The notes under the pieces are model-generated. The model searched no databases, was not told the DNA's origin, and worked only from the letters and a program-made list of their open reading frames with translations. DNA of 63,146 nt, the filler included, from Reticulomyxa filosa (lineage: Eukaryota; Protista; Foraminifera), in assembly GCA_000512085.1 (NCBI GenBank). It is 13 parts of 13 records of this genome, joined end to end, with 100 filler letters (N's around TTAATTAATTAA, not from the genome) between each part and the next. Parts side by side here need not be neighbours in the genome. Positions count along the whole stretch, not along the records: positions 11,680 to 19,359 come from ASPP01004719.1; positions 19,460 to 20,804 come from ASPP01004937.1; positions 20,905 to 22,104 come from ASPP01018997.1; 10 more parts are not named here. One strand, given 5' to 3'. The stretch's first letter is position 1. Every line of letters starts with the position of its first letter. Positions 11,680 to 22,204 of this stretch are shown one piece after another. The position numbers were made by a program, and so were the translations under genes.

Positions 11680-13737
11680 AAAACAAAAACAAACATGAAG
11701 TGGTAAAATGTCAGACATAGGGTCATATGGCAATCGCGTTGGATTGTAACCACTATTTTCAAGCAGTCTATGAATAACAAAAGCAATGGCAGCATTGGTC
11801 GTTTCTTTGGTGCCAGTGATATCCACTGTCTTTTCGCTCGAGTTTCTCAGCACTTGAGAAGAAATGGCAATGTTTGCACCAGTCACTTTTCGAATGTGGT
11901 TGATTCCTTCTCCACCCTTTCCGATGAGGAAGCCAATATTTTTCTCCTCCACTAACAAAGTGATACCGCAGCACAAGCTGGAAGCACTTGGATCTTCTTT
12001 GCTTGTGCCCTTTTCTCCCGGCACTTTGCCTTCCTCCGAATTTGCGGGCTTGTTCAACGTATGCGTTTGCAAAAGCGCTGCATTTTTGCTTGCGGCCATC
12101 GCCTCTTTGGCGAGAGCATCATTTATCATTTGCAAGGCGCGAATTATGCAACGTATGGGGCCTTCTACTGACCCGATACGGCATAAGGCACTTGGAATCG
12201 GTTTCTGTCATTTTTTTTTTGTTTTTTATTTTTTTTTTAAATTTACTATTTTCAAAAAAAAAAAAAACAACCTTTTGTTTAATATTCAAAAGTTTATTTA
12301 AAAAAAACTTGACACAAAAAAAAAAAAAAAATGTGTGCGTAATCTTTTTCAATCATCTACTTAACAGCAATGAGTATTTTGGCTTCTGATTCCTTGCGAA
12401 TGGCAGTGATAGTTGCACCTGACTTGCCGATCAAACCTCCGACTTTTTTGGAATCCAACAGCAAGCGCACATGAAATGTGTTTTCGGCTGGAAACATGTT
12501 GTTCAAAGTAGAAATGTATCCTGCGACACTGGCCATTGTGTTCTGTGCATTGCTAGAGAGTGTCCACATATTGTTTTTTTGTTTGTATTTTTTCTTTGAT
12601 TCAAAAGCCTCGTCTTTTTTTTTTCTTTGGAAAAGGGGGGGAGAGGAGAGGGGGGGGGGGAGGGGAAAAAATTTGTAAGTGATGTTGTGACTGTCTTCTC
12701 TATTGTTTGTTCGTACCTGTAGTCTTTGTGGTTGTTGCTAATGGTATCATTGCTGTTGTTGGTGATGTTGGTGGCAGTGTTGTTGCTGGTATTAGTGTTA
12801 GCACTTATATGATTGCTGGTGTCGATGATCGGCTGCTCTGGTTTAACGGCTGCAAGATCATTCGACGGTGCGCCTGAAGTCTCAATTTTGGTCTTTTCTT
12901 GTCCGGAAATTTCTTTTGTAGTGTCCCCCCCCCCTCAAGATGTTACAAAACATGAACCAAATATCAAAAAAAAAAAATTTACTACTTTTTGGTTCGTTGA
13001 AAAAAGGGTTCAATCAAAATGTACAGAAAAACTCACTTTAGTTACCTGGTTTGACAGAAGTTACAGTGTTGGTATTACTGTTTGACTTTTCAGATTTTTC
13101 TTCATTCGCGTTGCCCGTGAATGTAGATTGTTGGCCTTTTTATTTATTTTTTTTTTTATGTCTTTTTTTTTTTCATTCGCAAAAACGAATGCCAAGGGGC
13201 AAGAAAAAAAATAAAATTTTTTTTTCTCAAGGGAAACGATGTGGGATCTTGAAAAAAGATCCACACAAAGTATAAAAGGGAATAAAATGAAATCAACAAG
13301 TTGATGAGGAGCTTGGAAGAGAGGAAGCAGGGTTGGAGGAAGTGCTTGAGGCTGATAAGGGGAAGGAACTATCGTCATAGTTTGGGGGCCCTCTGACACG
13401 CACTTTTTTGTAGCGTTTTTCATTTTCACTTCCATTTTCGTTTTCCTCCAAAATTCCACTTTCTGTTAATGACTACGGACGGCCCGATCATGCAAACACA
13501 ACAGATTCACAAAGCCAACAATGCTCGGTAATCGACAATCACAAGCGAAAAAACAAAGAGAAAATTAGGATATTCTTACTCTTTTAGACATTCTTACTCA
13601 AAATAACTTCTTATATTAAAAAATAATCACTACCTCAACAACAATCAATGAAAATACTGCCTTTTTAAAACTTTTCCTTGCACACTTTGCCAGTGAGGTT
13701 GCTTTCTCGTATATTTGTGCGAAAGTTCGTTGTTCAT
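11680..13737 (-). CDS. KH-domain RNA-binding protein (PCBP/hnRNP-K-like), spliced, 3'-truncated, start uncertain
   Basis: Two type-I KH domains with GxxG loops: VRLLL..VGGLIGKSGATITAIRKESEAKI and LLV..IGFLIGKGGEGINHIRKVTGANIAI. Confidence 0.85.
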
Positions 13738-13985
13738 TTGTAATTTCTTTTGGAAAATTTTTTTGAATAGTGTAAAGTTTAAAACATGACATCGCAAAGA
13801 CTGGTGGTTAAAATAAAATGTGCAAAAAGAAATTCTGATAAGTGGCAACAACAAAACAGAAGGAATAAAGAAAACAACAAGCAAAACGGGAAAGTAATAA
13901 GCTTATTTGATAGAAAATAAAGAAAACAATTGAAGTAGACTGAAAAATTTAAAGGAACATGAATTTAATGGACCCTTGAGTTGTA

Positions 13986-15827
13986 ATGAAATGTTGTCAT
14001 ATTTTGTTACGGCGACCTCTTATTTTTGTGGGCGCCTTATTGGGTATGATTCTGGTAATGTTGGGCTTTTATTCACAATTAAATTTATCTGAAGCCCACT
14101 TTGCATTTGTTTCATTGGTCAGCGAATTTATCTTTTCACGAAGAATTGAAGCAGCATTGAATGAGCACATCCAGAAAAATCACATATCGGCAGAGTCAAG
14201 GCAGCAAATCTATCCATTACCGAACTTTTTGGTGATTGGAGGATTTAAATGTGGGACTACGTCTTTGTACCATTATCTCAAGCGCCACCCGTCGATACGA
14301 GGGATACAACAGCGATTTTTACTTCCCAACTCAATTCGTATACAGATCCAAGAATACGTTCGAATGGTCCAGCAGCACGATATTTTGAGAAAAAAAAAAC
14401 CCTTTAAATCAAAGTCGATGCAACAAACATACGACAGATTGGGGAAAAATATTCAAAATCACGAATTCACGAAATATCATCAAGTATATAGGTTTGGTAT
14501 TCTTCTTATGGCTCTATGCAAATATATAAAACAACGGCAGTATACGTATGCACATACGTACACGTACACGCGTATGCGTATACGTACAGAAGAAATATAT
14601 ATATATATGCAACTCCCTTTCCCCCTACAAAAAAAAAAAAAAAAAAAATGTGACATCGATTTTAAGAAACACGCCGAAGAACTTCGTCGACTGAGCAAGC
14701 CAATAATTGGAACAAAAGAAGCACGATTCTTTGACATGTCTTGGACAAAGTACTTATTTTTATTAGCAAAAGAGAATACGACGTTGATGTTAGAATGGTA
14801 TTCGCAGGTATTTGGACCAATAAATCAGATAGAAATGGCACAGCGCGATGAGTTATTGTACTTTGAAGCCAGTCCAGGTTATTTTACGCAGCCACAGGCT
14901 CCAAAGCTCATTCAGTACTTTTTAGTAGACCGTCATCGGCCGATCAAACTCATTTTGCTGCTGCGTGACCCCGTGTTCCGCTTTTTATCTCACATCCGGA
15001 TGGAGTTCCAAATTTGTTTGTTTGACTTGAAACATGCAAGCGAGCATGTTTCACAGCAGCAACAGCAACAGCAACAACAACAACGAGGGAGGAGACTAGA
15101 TACACTTGTTTCACAACACCGACAAACACATGTACCCCCCTCGGAAGTCAAAGGTAAGGAGCATCAGAACATTGGAGCCAGTTTGCCTGCAAAGGGGGAT
15201 CTCAAGAACATGCGCGAAGAAGCGAACAGCACCAATCCGGATGCAAGGCCTTCAATCGACATGATTTGGAGTCCCTCGCGTGCAGTGTTTTGTGAGTGTT
15301 TACACACGTTGCCGATCGACGAGTTGGCATTGCTTGCGTTGCAACCGCAAAGCTGGCAGGCTCTCCTTTCGGTCAGAGAGTTGGAGCACAGCATTATGCC
15401 GACTGACAATAACCAGCAAAAGATAAGTGCACGCAAATGCGGCGTGCACTTGTACTTGTTGCACAAAGTGCAGTCGTTTTTACAGATGGGCGTTTACCAC
15501 AAACACTTGGAGATTTGGCTGACCCTTTTTGACTTGGACAAAAGTTTGTTGGTGTTGTCCAGTGAAGAGTTTTTCCGCAATACTCTCCACGTCATGCAAC
15601 AAATTGAAGAGTTCTTACCCATTCTTTCCCATCAAAAATTAAGTGAGAAACAGTGGGCTGATATTGGGCTACAACAAAAGTTCAATATTCTAAGCACTAC
15701 TGGAAATGAGCAAATCAAAACCACTTTTAAGGAAACCAATCATACTATTCAACAATTGGCTCTGTATTACAAACCTTTTAATCGGATTCTTTTCGAAAAA
15801 ATTCAAAAACAATTTGACTGGACATAA
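13986..15827 (+). CDS. Type II membrane PAPS-dependent sulfotransferase (HS3ST/NDST-like)
   Basis: N-terminal TM helix; PNFLVIGGFKCGTTSLYHYL..HP (5'-PSB), KEARFFD, FEASPGY, LLRDPVFRFLS (3'-PB), GVY..HLEIWL..F. Likely in-frame intron at 14484-14666. Confidence 0.88.
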   Translation: MKCCHILLRRPLIFVGALLGMILVMLGFYSQLNLSEAHFAFVSLVSEFIFSRRIEAALNEHIQKNHISAESRQQIYPLPNFLVIGGFKCGTTSLYHYLKRHPSIRGIQQRFLLPNSIRIQIQEYVRMVQQHDILRKKKPFKSKSMQQTYDRLGKNIQNHEFTKYHQVYRFGILLMALCKYIKQRQYTYAHTYTYTRMRIRTEEIYIYMQLPFPLQKKKKKKCDIDFKKHAEELRRLSKPIIGTKEARFFDMSWTKYLFLLAKENTTLMLEWYSQVFGPINQIEMAQRDELLYFEASPGYFTQPQAPKLIQYFLVDRHRPIKLILLLRDPVFRFLSHIRMEFQICLFDLKHASEHVSQQQQQQQQQQRGRRLDTLVSQHRQTHVPPSEVKGKEHQNIGASLPAKGDLKNMREEANSTNPDARPSIDMIWSPSRAVFCECLHTLPIDELALLALQPQSWQALLSVRELEHSIMPTDNNQQKISARKCGVHLYLLHKVQSFLQMGVYHKHLEIWLTLFDLDKSLLVLSSEEFFRNTLHVMQQIEEFLPILSHQKLSEKQWADIGLQQKFNILSTTGNEQIKTTFKETNHTIQQLALYYKPFNRILFEKIQKQFDWT

Positions 15828-16143
15828 CTTTGCTCTTGCCAAGCTTTGCTTGCTCCATTACTGTCGATAAATTCATATGCATAGAAGTAAACACATTAAT
15901 GTAAATTACTTGTCAATCAACAATTGACTTGACACGGATCAATACACTCCTTTTTTTAAACTTTGCAAATACACTTTTCGACACCTCGGTTACATTTCAA
16001 TAACTAAACGATGAAAAAAAAAATAAATAGCGTTGTTAAGGTTGTCTCGTAGTCCATCTCCACAAAAAAAAATATTAATAAGTTTATATTGTCAACTTGG
16101 ATAGCCAAGCATTGAATGCTTGCTCTGAAATTGTTTTTTTAGA

Positions 16144-16157
16144 AGTGCTATGGCAAC
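16144..16157 (+). promoter_or_regulatory. X-box-like element upstream of dynein
   Basis: AGTGCTATGGCAAC, 12/14 match to GTTGCTATGGCAAC, about 33 bp before the probable ATG. Confidence 0.2.
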
Positions 16158-16189
16158 GTAAATTATTCGAGCGCCAGATAAAAAAACAA

Positions 16190-19100
16190 ATGACAGAATC
16201 AAATGTGACGCCAACTCCTTTCGTTTTTAACTTTTTGAAATAAAAACCGGTGACGGATTGGAAATCCTACACAATGGCCAATCGGCAACCAAAGAATACA
16301 AGCACGTTGCCATTATCTCCTCCATTGCTGGCAAAAACTCAGTCCAAAAGTAAAACCAAATATTTTAACTTTTGTGGAAGCCCCGAGAAAAAATTTCCGT
16401 GCTAATGAGGGCACAAAAACTGGAAGCAAAATCAAAAGTAATTTGAGATTTCCGTCTCAAGCTGCTCCAGTGTATCATATCGATGATCCGTTACCAACCT
16501 TCTTGAAAAGTGTTAACAGCGAGAAGAGTAAAACACTAGAAAATTCGCAAATTCAAAAAGAGACTGCTCCTCATTCAAAGGAAACTGAAAACTATGACTC
16601 TCAAAAGTTTACACATACAGCTCAATCTCTTCTCCATAGCAATATATCGTCCATTGGTCGCATAGTGCGCAACAAACACAATCGTCAAGTGATTGTTGCA
16701 AAAGATTTTATTATTGATCATATCCGGTAAAAGTTGACAGACTTCTTACATCTTTTTGGAAGGAAGAAAAGGAAAAAGGAGCAAATGAAATCTCAAAAAA
16801 ATTCTCAATTTTTTTTCTCTATAAAATTTTTTTCTACTTTTGCAAACGATCAAAATGGAGTCATTAAAAATACAGAGTTCATACTTTTTTTTGTGTTGCA
16901 TTAAAAAAACAAATAAAACCAAACCAAAAACAGCAAAATGCCTCGCGAGAAATATAGCAATTCTCCCTTTGGTTTTATTGACAAAGTCGAAAAGGGAGAA
17001 ATTCAAGCAAACGACTTTGTATATTTAAAAAAGATAGGGCCCTATGATTTACAAATTATTCCGTCTTCTCAAATTGAGAGACAGCACTACTACACACTAT
17101 CTTCCTCGGGTTTGACATGTTTTATCGATGATATAATCATTTTTACACCTTTGGACATGTGGCAAAGAGAGTATTACTTATACACATCTATCATGGAAGT
17201 TATGCTCTACCTTTCTAAACGAAGCCACTCCGTTTTTTGTGAGAGCAAGTATAATATAACTTTTGCAAACTTACAAAATATTTTTTTAAAAAAAGATTAC
17301 ATTTTTTCGCCAATTTCGGATTTGGAAGTACTTTAGAATGTGGAAAACGTACATACGGAGCCGAAAAATCAAACACTGCAACGATGTCATGAACAGCCGC
17401 ATGTTCATATTAAATGCCCATTTGAGGAAGCAATTGTTTCAAATCCGGGATCTATGTTGCGAAATCAACACTTGGCAAGTCTTTGCCTTGGAATTTAAGG
17501 AACCACAGACATTGGAGCAATTCATTGAAGCACAAAAAGTTCCGTTCCTTTTTTTTTGCCCCCTTCTAATCAACTTCCAAAAAAAAAGTTATCTTTTTTT
17601 TTTGGTCTTCTCATTTTTTTCCTGCATTAGAATCATCGTGAAATATTGCAGAGTCAATTATGTATCCAGTATGAAAAAATTAAAGACGCTTTGTTGGTTG
17701 CATGTGAGCAACATCTGCATACCTACTTAGTAGAAAATGAATTTAAAGAGTCTAGCAACACACAGCCCAAAACACACGCACGACATGAAAACGTCTCAGA
17801 GCATACATCAATGCAAACACAGTACAACAAACACGTTACTAGGACAAATGGCTCCGTTCATCGGCATGTCACGCATGCAGAGCGTGCAGCCATGAGGAAA
17901 GAGTACTTAGTATTGAATACATTTATTCGAATGATCAACCATTTCTTAAGAGATGCCGTCATGACTCTAATTCGCGAACGCGTTTATGAATTATTGCAAT
18001 TAATTTGCAAACCCTCTTCGCAAGTTACTGACTCTAACGTTCCGGAAGTTGTTGGCGTAGCCTCCAATCCAAATAACGCGTCCACAAATAAGCGCAAAAT
18101 CAAAAAAAAGTCCAAGGAGACAGATACTTTGTTAGTCACGACATTGATACATAATGCAAATACACAATCTTTGGAGCTGTTACCCAATGTCCTTGAAATC
18201 AAGGAAACATTCCATGCCATCATTCATGATGCACTGTCCGTAGTCTTGCACCCTCCAAATTTAATTGTTGGAGATGGAGATGAGCAATTTGCTGCTTTTA
18301 CGCAGCAAGAATATAGCAATACTCGTACCAATGCCTCTGCCACTATCGACGTTGCCTCTTCTCTTGGAGACAACAAACAACCGCAATCAGATGATGAGGA
18401 TCAGTCCATCGACTTAGAACAAATCGTATTAAACCAGTTCGACTTTTCAACATGGATGAAAGATATTCGACACAACATTGATCTAATTTTTGAATGTTCC
18501 AATCAATGGGTCAAAAGTCTTGGTACGCTTTTTTTTTTCCTCTCTCTCTCTCTTTCTTTCTTTTCTTTTCTTCCTCCACTCCTCGTTCATATGTACTGCT
18601 CCCTCTTTTTTTTTTAAGGATCAACTGGCTCTACTCTTTTCCTCTTTTGTAAATAAATAAACTACAAACATACAAGACGTATTTACAAGCATCGTCTACG
18701 AAATGCCAAGACCAGAAGATCTCGATTATACCTTGTTTGATGGTAATGCTTTCGATAGTTATTTGGAAAAATACAATCAACAAACGGTGTCATTCAATAC
18801 GTTTCCGAATGATCACAGTGTTTCCTTGCTGAAGATTGACTCTTATAAGTTGAAACATGAGTGGCTTCCAATTCCGAAAGACCGATTGAAATATATCCAA
18901 ATAATGCTCCCGAAACAGGCAGATATACGTTGTGAGCAACTTTGCAAAGAATTATCATTGATGAACGAAGCTATTGTAAAGACACCGGCAAAAGTCAGAG
19001 AATTTGTTCACTTTAAAATGCACTTGAAAGAGGTCCACAATAGAGAAGACGAAATTGAAACCCGATATGACCAAATTGCTAAAATTTTTGATTTGATTAA

Positions 19101-19359
19101 TAGACACAGTTTACCAAAAAAAAACAAAAACTTGGAATGGATCAGATGTTTACTTCATTATATGTCTTTTTCTCCCCTCAAAAAAAAAAAAGAAATTCGA
19201 ATGCACAAAGAAACAAGCAAGAAGTTTAGTCAATTGCAGCAACTTCGCTCAACAGTAAAAACTAATCTCACCATTTCTGACGGTCTAATTGAAGACTCGC
19301 TAATCAAATTTTCTCAACAGATGAAAGAAGCGGTTGCACAGTTTGGAAAGAAAAAAAAA
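16190..19359 (+). CDS. Axonemal inner-arm dynein heavy chain N-terminal tail (DNAH6-like), spliced, 3'-truncated
   Basis: FVYL...PYDLQI..HYYTLSSSG..FTPLDMWQREY...I.FFRQFRIWKYFRMWK..IR...LFQIRDLC matches the DNAH6-type N-terminus as recalled. Later VSLLKIDS..LK..LP.P and P.KVREFV are tail motifs. The motor domain is not in the contig. Confidence 0.75.
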
Positions 19360-19459
19360 NNNNNNNNNNNNNNNNNNNNNNNNNNNNNNNNNNNNNNNNN
19401 NNNTTAATTAATTAANNNNNNNNNNNNNNNNNNNNNNNNNNNNNNNNNNNNNNNNNNNN
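19360..19459. other. Artificial contig linker
   Basis: N44-TTAATTAATTAA-N44. Confidence 0.99.
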
Positions 19460-19481
19460 AAAAAAAAACCAATTAATTTTT

Positions 19482-20033
19482 TTATTTGTTGATTTCCAAT
19501 TTTTCTTGTTTTTGGTCAACAATTTGAACAGCAGAAGCATATGGGGTCAATATTTTACTCCAGAACCCCATAATGCTGTTGACATCATTGGTATTAACAT
19601 CTCCCAATTCATTGATATGATGTTCATGGATGTGGTTTAACATTGTTTCCACATCATCAGTTGTCCCATGACATCTTAAACACAATGTATACTCAACTTC
19701 ATTATCACCACTAGTTGAATTACGTACAAATTGGAATGTGTACTGTTCATTCTCAAAATTTACAGTCACTAACCCACTTGTTCCTAATATCTCATCCTTG
19801 GTAACGTTTTCCGATTTTATTTTCTCTTGAACTGCATTCATTACTAATTTTTCGTCTACTTTCACTTCTCCACTCATTGCAAAGTTTCCTGTATAATATT
19901 TTATTGGATCTTTGCTCATTTGGATCCTTCCAATAAATTGTTGCAATCCTTGTTTCACTTCTTTTTGTTCTGACACATTATTTTCCTTTTCTTCTAGCTT
20001 TTGTTCTGTGCTTTCTTCAGTATTTTCTGCCAT
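19482..20033 (-). CDS. Hypothetical acidic protein, 183 aa
   Basis: Clean ATG-to-stop ORF with globular composition; no family recognised. Confidence 0.65.
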   Translation of the reverse strand: MAENTEESTEQKLEEKENNVSEQKEVKQGLQQFIGRIQMSKDPIKYYTGNFAMSGEVKVDEKLVMNAVQEKIKSENVTKDEILGTSGLVTVNFENEQYTFQFVRNSTSGDNEVEYTLCLRCHGTTDDVETMLNHIHEHHINELGDVNTNDVNSIMGFWSKILTPYASAVQIVDQKQEKLEINK

Positions 20034-20242
20034 GATTGGGAAAAAAAAGAAAGTTTTAAATCGTAATGATACTCAAATGGTTATGCAAAAAAAAAATAAA
20101 ATTCTTTTTTATATAATTGGTTTCCCCCCCCTCACCTTCCCCTTAGTTTGTCAGTTTTTTTAAATGCAAATTTGAAATAAATCTTTTGCTTAAATATTCA
20201 TAACATCATTCTTTAGCAAAATTGCACTAGTAGATATAATTT

Positions 20243-20804
20243 TTGTTAATAAAAGAGAAAAACTTGCAGATATTCGAAGGGACAAGAACAATCAAGGGAT
20301 CGTGCTTCTTTACTTTCTTTTTTCACCTCTTCCCTTCCTTTATTGGAGGCAATGAAATTTTGACTTTTTATCATGAGGAATATGTCAGAAGAGTCGTGGG
20401 GGATAGTGGTAATGGTGTTGGAAGCTGTATTTTTTTGGCTGTTTCTGGCGTAGGTTTGTATTGGATAGTGCAAACATTTAAATTGGGATTTTTGCCAGCG
20501 ATTCACAATCGTCATTATATAATGGGTTTATGGTCGTGCATATGTTGCATTGTGGCATCGGTGATATATATGCCACTATTTGCGTTGTACGCATTTATGC
20601 TGCAATTTGACTTCCGCAATCCAAACAGCAAACAAGGAGAGCGTATGTTGTTACGACAGCTGAGTTCACTTAGTTTTGTGTGGGGTTATCATGGTGCCTT
20701 GTTGTTATTCGCAGCCCGAGTATGGTTAATGTTAATACGCTATGTACATACATGCATATACATATATGTATGCATATATACTTTTTTTTTTTTTTTTTTT
20801 TTTT
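20243..20804 (+). CDS. Multi-pass membrane protein fragment, possibly 7TM/GPCR-like
   Basis: Three spaced hydrophobic helices, the third ending LLFAARV. Start uncertain, 3'-truncated. Confidence 0.45.
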
Positions 20805-20904
20805 NNNNNNNNNNNNNNNNNNNNNNNNNNNNNNNNNNNNNNNNNNNNTTAATTAATTAANNNNNNNNNNNNNNNNNNNNNNNNNNNNNNNNNNNNNNNN
20901 NNNN
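20805..20904. other. Artificial contig linker
   Basis: N44-TTAATTAATTAA-N44. Confidence 0.99.
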
Positions 20905-21427
20905 TACACAGGATTTGAATGTCCATTAAATGATTGAATTTGTTGTGTTATCAACGTCCCATACACGAACTGTTCTATCATTTGATCCAGAACAAATGAA
21001 TTGACAATCATCAAATGTTGAATAATCAATACTCCACACATAACTGGTATGTCAGTGAATGTATTGATTAATTTGGATGAGCGAAATGTATCAAACATAA
21101 AGAGTGTAGTTGCCTGCGATGATAAAAAGTTACAAATATATTTGTATATTTTGTTGTAATTAAATGAAAGAACAAAAATAAAATAAAACGTAACATAATT
21201 GACAACTAGTTTATCGAAATGATTTATCCATCCAAATTTAATGTGCAATATTCGAATCCAATGCTGAATAATGACTTGGATTTCGTTTTTCTCTGGCTAA
21301 TTCAATCACAAGCCACATATAATAAATAAAATAAAAACTTGAAGAAATCAACTTTTTATAAATTTGGAATAAAACTTACAACTACTAGTTGAGGTAAAGT
21401 TTGTTCATGATTGATAAGAGCTGTCAT
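20905..21427 (-). pseudogene. WD40 family gene 5' part with N-terminal QHWIR..GWI..FDK module, frameshifted
   Basis: Exon 21195-21296 = PEKNEIQVIIQHWIRILHIKFGWINHFDKLVVNY. The next exon has indels in TFT(G)HTSYVWSIDYSTFDDCQFICSGS. Confidence 0.75.
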
Positions 21428-21677
21428 TTTGCAACTTCTTTTATTTTTTTGCTTGGATAGTCTTCAATGATGTAAAATGTAAAAGTTTAACTTTTTTTTT
21501 CCAGTTCAATGAAGGGACTTTAAAAATTGAATTTTGCAACATCTGCTTGCAAACAGAAAAAAAATTTATAATGATCCAATGAACTAATTATTTTAATGAA
21601 ACAAACAAACCAAAGCAAAGAAAAAACATAAAATGAAAACTAGAAAGAAAAACAAAGATTTGTTGAAACTAAAGTAG

Positions 21678-21788
21678 CTAGTTGATGCAAATATGACTGC
21701 GGCCAAATGGTTGCAACAAACAATCAATTAAATTCAAATTGTATTCATTGATTAAATGATTATTTAAATTTTTTAATTTTCCTTTATT
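21678..21788 (-). pseudogene. Remnant of TRAF-type zinc finger
   Basis: KGKLKNLNNHLINEYNLNLIDCLLQPFGRSHICIN* aligns with the TRAF finger at 11230-11400. Two cysteines are lost and it is flanked by stops. Confidence 0.6.
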
Positions 21789-22104
21789 GTTTCAATTATT
21801 ATCCATCCTGCTTGATGTACTTCCTCTAAGAATATTGAAATCAATAGTCAAAACAGATATTAAAAAAAGTCCTACTGATGTTTGAGTAGTAAAACTTATG
21901 CAATTCAATTGTTTATTCTTTGTGTCTATTGAAGAACAATTGCTTATTCCTGCAATTTTGTTAAAAACAATTAAAAAAGAAAAATCGAGTTATTTATTTT
22001 TAAATCTTCTTTTTGAAGGACATTTGAACCTCCAGATTCAAAAAATAAACAAATGACCAATTGAAAGAACAAGCAACAGAGTTGAACTAACTATTCAAAT
22101 CTTC

Positions 22105-22204
22105 NNNNNNNNNNNNNNNNNNNNNNNNNNNNNNNNNNNNNNNNNNNNTTAATTAATTAANNNNNNNNNNNNNNNNNNNNNNNNNNNNNNNNNNNNNNNN
22201 NNNN
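22105..22204. other. Artificial contig linker
   Basis: N44-TTAATTAATTAA-N44. Confidence 0.99.
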
